From Diplonema japonicum (taxonomy: Eukaryota > Protista > Euglenozoa: Diplonemea): a stretch of 64,000 nt of DNA. Positions 57,481 through 64,000 of this stretch are shown here, one piece after another; the first letter of the stretch is position 1, and every line of letters begins with the position of its first letter. The DNA lies in the NCBI GenBank assembly GCA_964019335.1, contig OZ025709.1:124001-188000 (forward strand), written 5' to 3'. The notes beneath the pieces are model-generated. The model was given only the letters and a program-made list of their open reading frames with translations, searched no databases and was not told the origin of the DNA. The translations under genes were made by a program, and so were the position numbers.

Positions 57481-58864
57481 TACGGCACTCAGGTTGGAAT
57501 GAGCTTCTAACCTGTGCGGCGCCACCTCTTAGAGATAAAATAAACTCAAATCGGCATGCAGTGGAGGGACATCATATTGGCTCCGCGTAATAGCATGGGG
57601 GAAAAGGAGATAGAAGCAGGGTTTTCTTTTTATTTTGGTTTTATTTTGTTCCTTGAAAACCATAAAAGGGAAAAAAGGGGGAGTTGGAATCGCAGTGCTA
57701 AAGGCCCGATAAGGGCTTTCTTCTCAGAAAGCACAGGAAAAGCAACAAAGAAACACAACAATACACTTTGGTTTTTTTCTTCTTCTTTTTTTCTCTGCCA
57801 GCTTTTTTTTTTTTTTTTCTTGGAAAAACTCTCGTCGGAGTGTATAAAAGTCGTTTCACGAAGAGTTTAAGAATCATCGTTGAAGAAAAAGAACAAGAAA
57901 AGAAAAACACAGAAGGGGAGGGGGGGGGGGGGGGGGGGGGGGGGTCCTCCTGGTCGTTGTCTTTCTTCATACAGCACATTCCTTCTACTTTTTCATTGTA
58001 TCATTTTTTTCTTGGGCAAAAGAAGAAAAAGTTAAAGAGAATGTGCAATCGCGTCAAGACAGGAGAGGAAGTAAAACAAGAAAGAGAGGGAAGCCAGCAT
58101 TCTGAGAAATGGGAGAAACAATAAAAAGAATTGTGACCTAATTTTATTGGGTATGTCACAGTGGACACCCGTGTTAAGCTTCAGAATAAAGAATAACAAA
58201 TGTGACCTTTTTTTGCATCGTTGTCAGCAAACAAACAGAAAACTAGAAAAGATCTACGAAAATAATAAAATAAGAAAAGAAATGGGGCTTTGGTTGCAAC
58301 ACTATTTGGCGTTAAGTGTGCAGCGTAAGAAAACAAAATAAAATAGGAAGCTCTTGTCTATCATAGCCATGCATTGCAGGTTACAAGACGCTTATAGGAA
58401 GAAATAAGAAAAATCCATTAATTCTACCTTGAACCCCCTTTTTTATTACAGTGGTTTCTCCTCCCCTTTTGTGTTGCTTCTTCTTCATCCCACGATGGAG
58501 ACCATCCATTTTACGGAAGAGGAAAGGAGAGAAGAGAAAGAATGAAGGGAGACAACATCATACACACAGTCAATAATATATAGTTAGGAGTGCAACATCA
58601 ACTGGGGGTGCTTACACCTGCCTCTCGGAGGGGAGAGTCTTGCTTGTCTCTCCCATGGCCCAATCGTTGGCACCGTTGACACCATCACCACCGTACTTGT
58701 TCTTCCACCACCACACACCAGCTGCCGCAATGATTGCCAGCACCAGTGCCACGCCCAGCACGATGAGCACAATGGTCAAGGTCTTCTTGTCGCCCCCATT
58801 GCCGCCAGCAGGAGACAGCGTGGGGGAAGTTGTTGCAGGAACAGAGGTGCCTGGCGCAGGGGTC
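57481..58864. repeat. Segmental tandem duplication unit (LVIVD 3' end + downstream spacer); partner at 62761-64000
   Basis: Long colinear near-identity at ~5.1-5.3 kb offset, e.g. 58551-58640 vs 63683-63772. Confidence 0.9.
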
Positions 58865-60915
58865 GCAGGAGAGGCTGTGCGAGGTGCTTCTGTTGCTGGT
58901 GCAGTGGTACGGGGCGCTGGTGTTCTCGGTGAGGGTGTGGGTGGTGCTGGTGTGGAGGGAGCAGGGGTTGCAGGTGCAGGGGTACGCGGGGCGGGTGTCG
59001 AAGGAGCAGGGGTGGGTGGGGCAGGGGTTGCAGGAGCAGGGGTGGGTGGTGCAGGGGTCGCAGGAGCAGGAGTGGGTGGTGCAGGGGTCATTGGAGCCAC
59101 AGTGGGCTCCGCAGTGGGAGGTGCAAGGGTCCCGTTCCACACCTCAATCACAGACATCCCCACCTCCGCCATGTATGCCAGATTCCCCATCACAGCGATG
59201 CCATTGAACGCTGACTTGCTGTACCCGTCGATGAGGGTGGGTGCCGAAGGGTTGCTCACATCAACCAGCTGCAATCCCTCGCTCCCAGAGATGAGTGCAA
59301 TCTCCCCCACCACCTTCACCCCCGTCGCTTGGGGCGTCGCGAAATTCCCGACGATGGACGGCGCCGATGGGGTGCTCACATCGACTATGGTCAGGCCTGT
59401 ACGACCCGCAACATAAATAGTGGTCCCGCTCCCTGTCACCCCTTGTGAGGTGCCGGTTCTCACGTTGCTGATGAGCATGGGGGCAGAAGGAGTTCCCACA
59501 TCGATCAGGGTCAAGCCCCTGCTGCTTACCACATAGGCCGTCGTCCCTGACACAAGCACCCCGTTGCAGCGTGAAAGGTCGTACTTGCCCACACGCTTGA
59601 TGTTGGAAGGGCTGCTGACGTCGAGCACTTCAAAACCATCCGAGTGCGTCCCCACATAGGCCACAGTCCCAATCACATCCATAGAGAGGGCACAGTATTG
59701 ATACTTCCCATTGGTTTCGTACGTCCCCAGAACCCTCGGCTGGTGAGGGGTGCTCACATCGAAGACGAAGAAGTACCGGCAGGAGGCCACGTACACAGTG
59801 CTCCCAACCACCTGCACGGCCTTGGCCCATGTGGCTTCTCCATAGGAGCCCACCACTGTCGGGGCAAGTGGGTTGCTGATGTCCACCACTCGCAAGACTG
59901 TCTTGTCACCGACAATGTATGCAAAGTCCCCAGAAACAGCAACGCCCCTTGTAAAACCACCAGGAGGCTTGAACTCTCCCAGCAGCGTGGGGTTGGAAGT
60001 GGTCCTCACGTCCAGCACCTCGATCCCGTTGCTGGCAACGTAAGCCACGCCGCCCTCAACCTGCACCAGACGGTTCTGCGTTGCAACGCGCTCGCCGAGG
60101 AGCAACGGGGGGTCACTGCTCACATCCACAATCGAAAAGCCTCTTTTACTGCTCCCAACGCCGTTGCAGGCCAGGTACGCCGTGTGGTTCGCAACGTAGA
60201 TATCCATCGTGAGGACGTGCTTGTACTCCAACCTGAAGGAAGGGGACGAGGGGTCCGCCACATCGAAGATCAGGAAGCCGACCCCCGTAGCCAGGTAGGC
60301 GGTGTCGTCGTCGACAAAGATGTTCCCTATATGGTAAGTCAAGTTGGTGCTCAGAGAACCGAGCAGGACAGGGGAAGAAGGGTTGCTGAAGTCGATGATG
60401 TTGAGGTCACGGGTAGCATTGGGTGACGACCCGTCAGGTGCAGTGGTGTAGACTGTGGTGTCCACAACGAAGAGGCTTTCAGCGAAGCTCTCATTGTACT
60501 TGCCAAGGAGCTCGGGGGTTGTGGGGTCGGCCACATCGATTGCAAAGACATCACCCAGATTGGACCGCAGGTAGGCAACACCCCCGGACACCTGCACCCC
60601 GATGCAAGGCTCCGAGTACTGCCCCACCACAGACCCCTTCTGTATGATCTGAAGCCCAGATCCACGATCCGCCACGTAAACAACGTCCCCTGCCACGTCA
60701 ACACCTCTTGCCCCTCCACCGGTCTCCACTCTCCACAGCTCCTTCGTTTCATCGGGTTTCTTCACATCCACTGCAACCAGACCAGAGGCCCCAGCAGCGG
60801 TATAAGCAGTTCCTCCCACAACCTTCAAGCCATAAATGACGTCTACCGCCTTTGTCTGCCCCAACAGTGATAGTTCTGCTGCCACAGACACATAGAGAAG
60901 TGAAAGAAGCACCAT
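58612..60915 (-). CDS. LVIVD-repeat type I membrane protein with a PxTPA mucin-like stalk (paralog 3)
   Basis: Signal peptide, LVIVD repeats, (P-x-T-P-A)n stalk at ~58850-59120 and a TM helix. Confidence 0.88.
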   Translation of the reverse strand: MVLLSLLYVSVAAELSLLGQTKAVDVIYGLKVVGGTAYTAAGASGLVAVDVKKPDETKELWRVETGGGARGVDVAGDVVYVADRGSGLQIIQKGSVVGQYSEPCIGVQVSGGVAYLRSNLGDVFAIDVADPTTPELLGKYNESFAESLFVVDTTVYTTAPDGSSPNATRDLNIIDFSNPSSPVLLGSLSTNLTYHIGNIFVDDDTAYLATGVGFLIFDVADPSSPSFRLEYKHVLTMDIYVANHTAYLACNGVGSSKRGFSIVDVSSDPPLLLGERVATQNRLVQVEGGVAYVASNGIEVLDVRTTSNPTLLGEFKPPGGFTRGVAVSGDFAYIVGDKTVLRVVDISNPLAPTVVGSYGEATWAKAVQVVGSTVYVASCRYFFVFDVSTPHQPRVLGTYETNGKYQYCALSMDVIGTVAYVGTHSDGFEVLDVSSPSNIKRVGKYDLSRCNGVLVSGTTAYVVSSRGLTLIDVGTPSAPMLISNVRTGTSQGVTGSGTTIYVAGRTGLTIVDVSTPSAPSIVGNFATPQATGVKVVGEIALISGSEGLQLVDVSNPSAPTLIDGYSKSAFNGIAVMGNLAYMAEVGMSVIEVWNGTLAPPTAEPTVAPMTPAPPTPAPATPAPPTPAPATPAPPTPAPSTPAPRTPAPATPAPSTPAPPTPSPRTPAPRTTAPATEAPRTASPATPAPGTSVPATTSPTLSPAGGNGGDKKTLTIVLIVLGVALVLAIIAAAGVWWWKNKYGGDGVNGANDWAMGETSKTLPSERQV

Positions 60916-61472
60916 ATTGGTTCTGAAAGGTGTTTTATTTATTTTTTATTTTCTTGTCTGTTGAATGCAAAACATGAAAAAAAAGGAAGCGGAAGGAGAG
61001 GGAGAAAGATAGGTTGGTAGGTAGAAGTCGAAAACAAGTCTTGGGGGAAAACAAAAAAGAAAAAAAAAAAAAAGAGTTCCATGTAGCTGCATGCAGATTG
61101 GCATTTCCGTCTTGTTGGCCACTACTTCTGCATGTACTTCCTTCTGTTGCACCTCCTTCGCCACACTGCATTCCCATAGTGCGTGTCGCAGCAAAAAAAA
61201 AAAAAAAAACTCGCCATAGTGCGTGTCGCAGAAAAAAAAAAAAAAAACTCGATAAAGTTTCAGTGTGCATGGGGGTGCTCACTGTTCAGGAAGTCACACT
61301 AATCGGCCACCGTACTGCGGTTGCTGTTTGGTGCCTGCGGTGGATGTTTGTCGCGATGAGATGATCGGCATCTAAAAAAAGAGAAAGAAAATACGGCGCT
61401 CAGGTTGGAATGAGCTTCTAACCTGTGCGGCGCCACCTCTTAGAGATAAAATAAACTCAAATTGGCATGCAT

Positions 61473-61550
61473 TGGTCAAGGTCTTCTTGGCTTCCTCATG
61501 GGGGTGGTTGTTGCAGTGTTGTTATAGTTGTTGTTCCAGGAACAGAGGTG
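61473..61550 (-). pseudogene. Decayed fragment of an LVIVD-gene stalk/TM-proximal region
   Basis: TGGTCAAGGTCTTCTTG...GTTGTTGTTCCAGGAACAGAGGTG matches 58773-58849 and 63900-63993. Confidence 0.6.
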
Positions 61551-62376
61551 AGCTCGCCTTTGCCTGTTTCTCTTCGTCGTTGTCCCATTGTTGATACGGA
61601 TTTACAATGCGGATTTCCACTGCATGAGGACCATCAGGAAAACCCGGAAATTGCTCCCAGAATACCCATTCAGTGTCAGCAAGTGTGTGGCAAAAAAATC
61701 TTGTCGAAAATATTAACGCAAAAGGTGGCACCCACATCAAGTGTTCCCCGCCGGAGCCAAAGATACCTACCCCTCAGGGTGCACCTTCACGTACCAAGGG
61801 TGCACCTTCATGTGTCCTGAAAAGATGCAAAAGGCATGGAATTGCACTGTGTGCAACAAATTAGAGAAAAAACGCACTCAGGCCCTCGTGCAGAGATTGC
61901 AACGTAGCAATGTGCCCTGTGCCCTGTGCCCTGTTTCGATTTTTTTCACACCAACGACACCTTAAAAAACCACCTGAAAACCTCTTGAAAACCACTTGAA
62001 AATAGAAATACGTTTAAATTGGACAAGTCGCATATCTGCGGCACCTCGGACCTTGTGTTCAAAGAACGGCCATAAGTGGTGAAAAAAAATAACCAGCCCA
62101 CCCTGTACGCTGAATAAGCGCTGCTTGCCGAAACCATGGAACCTCCGGATAGCATGTGCCCTTTGCAAGAGTTGTTTCTCTCAAATGCTGCTCTACCACC
62201 AAAGTTTGGGCGCGTCTGGGGCTGAAATGTAGGCCGCTTCGCGCTCCAGAAATGGGGTAGTGAAAATAATATAGGTACACACCCTCTAACTCCGCCCTCG
62301 CCATTTTATTTTTGGTATTTGAACGAAAAGTTCAAATAATCGACTTTTTAGACGAAAAATAGCGGTCATTTATGGG
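61551..62376 (+). mobile_element. 3' portion of a second piggyBac family (truncated, decayed)
   Basis: Frameshifted C-terminal Cys domain (NCTVCNK...CRDCNVAMCPVPC/FDFFH, 61810-61965). Terminus ...TATGGG|TTAA at 62376/62377-62380. Left boundary approximate. Confidence 0.65.
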
Positions 62377-63743
62377 TTAAGTAGAAAAAAAAAAAAAAAA
62401 AGAAGAAAAAAAAAAGGTAGACATGGGGGAAAACGAAATTCGATCCTTTAACATGAATGTGACAAGTCGAACATCGCTCCAGTGTACCCTAAGTACAAGG
62501 GGTGGGGGTGTTTGTAGACAAACGACACATTGGAACCTGTGCGGTGCCACCTTTCAGACATGGCGTGGCTGGGTAGGCATCTTTTTCTTTTGCCGAAGCC
62601 AAATGCAATCCATGTTACCCCCTGTTTTGAAAGGTCTGTTTGTACCTTCCCCGCCACATGGTTTGACACGCGTGACATGGGGAAGTGTCGTTACGCACCC
62701 GGACCCGGCCAAAAGTCTTGCTGCCCCAAACAAAACAAAACAACAAAACAAAAACAAAAATACGGCGCCACCTCTTTGAGATAAAATAAACTCAAATCGG
62801 CATGCAGTGGAGGGACATCATATTGGCTCCGCGTAATAGCATGGGGGAATAGGAGATAGAAGCTGCAGGGGGGGGTTTTTTTTTTGTTTTGTTTTGTTCC
62901 TTGAAAACCATAAAAGGAAAAAAAAGGGGGGGTTTTAATCGCAGTGCTAAAGGCCCGATAAGGGCTTTCTTTTACCAATCGGGTCTTTCTCAGAAAGCAC
63001 AGGAAAAGCATCAAAGAAACACAACAAAACATTTTTGAACATCGTTGAAGAAAAAGAACAAGAAAAGAAAACACAGAAGGGGAGGGGGGAGGTAAAGGGA
63101 GCGGCTGCTTCCCTTTCTCTTGGGTAGTTGTCTTTCTTCAAAATTCACTTTTTCATTGTATCATTTTTTTCTTAGGTTAAAAAAGAAAAAAGTAAAAGAG
63201 AATGTGCAATCGCGTCAAGACAGGAGAGGAAGTAAAACAAGAAAGAGAGGGAATCTAGCAAATTCTGAGAAATGGGAGAAATAATAAAAACTTGTGACTT
63301 GATTTTATTGGGTATGGGACCCGTGTTAAGCCTCAGAATAAAGAATAACAAATGTGACTTTTTTTTTCTTCTTTCTTTTGTATCGTTGTCAGTAAACAAA
63401 CAGAAAACTAGAAAAGTATTTTGTAAAGCCACGGAAGAATAAAATTTAAGAAAAGAAACAAAACAGGAAGCTCTTGTCAATCATAGCCATGCATTGCAGG
63501 TTACAAGACGCTCATAGGAAGAAGAAAAAATCGATTAATTCTACCTTGAACCCCCGTTTTTTTTATCAGTGGCCTCTTCTTCTCTTTTGTGTTTCTGCTT
63601 CTTCTTCATCTCACGATGGAGACCATCCATTTTACGAAGAGACGAAGGAAGAGTAAAGGAGAGAAGAGAGGGGAAGAAGGGAGACAACATCATACACACA
63701 GTCAATAATATATAGTTAGGAGTGCAACATCAACTGGGGGTGC

Positions 63744-64000
63744 TTACACCTGCCTCTCGGAGGGGAGAGTCTTGCTTGTCTCTCCCATGGCCACTTCGTT
63801 GGCACCACCACCACCACCGTACTTGTTCTTCCACCACCACACACCAGCTGCCGCAATGATTGCCAGCACCAGTGCCACGCCCAGCACGATGAGCACAATG
63901 GCCAAGGTCTTCTTGTCGCCCCCATTGCCGCCAGCAGGAGACAGCGTGGGGGAAGTTGTTGCAGGTGTTGTTGTTGTTCCAGGAACAGAGGTGCCTGGCG
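63744..64000 (-). CDS. LVIVD-repeat protein paralog 4, 3' end only (gene continues beyond the window)
   Basis: Near-identical to the TM/cytoplasmic tail of 58612-58860. Confidence 0.8.
   Translation of the reverse strand, partial: PGTSVPGTTTTPATTSPTLSPAGGNGGDKKTLAIVLIVLGVALVLAIIAAAGVWWWKNKYGGGGGANEVAMGETSKTLPSERQV

Overview
Eukaryotic genomic DNA, most likely a euglenozoan and probably a diplonemid. This is inferred from the one-strand gene cluster combined with cis-introns, a paraflagellar-rod-like protein, expanded LVIVD and Ubl-LRR families and a kinetoplastid-like RPL3 N-terminus. All ~24 host protein genes lie on the minus strand, separated by spacers rich in A/T/G/C homopolymers. Recognisable genes: CDPF1, C8orf82/DUF4505, a GH27 glycosidase, a VOC/glyoxalase-fold protein, a CLC transporter, Vps34, RFC4, RPL27, a kelch protein, a Ubl-LRR protein, PTC7, a TPLATE-like adaptin with a long DLF/NLF tail, a SPRY+UPF1-like helicase, RPL3, an ArsS-like radical SAM enzyme, a PFR-like protein and a local family of LVIVD-repeat surface proteins. 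Mobile DNA: two apparently identical, inverted, decayed 1808-bp piggyBac elements and the 3' end of a second piggyBac family. Two signals stand out. (1) I reconstructed 19 short GT-AG introns by hand; 18 are phase 0, most have an A-tract instead of a polypyrimidine tract, and two are essentially pure T-run/G-run/A-run hairpins. (2) Several unrelated dispersed repeat families share a 'hairpin, 9-12 nt spacer, oligo(T)' 3' end, always on the coding strand, with covarying stems and variable 5' truncation. All gene models and homologies are by eye and unverified, and homopolymer lengths may carry sequencing error.
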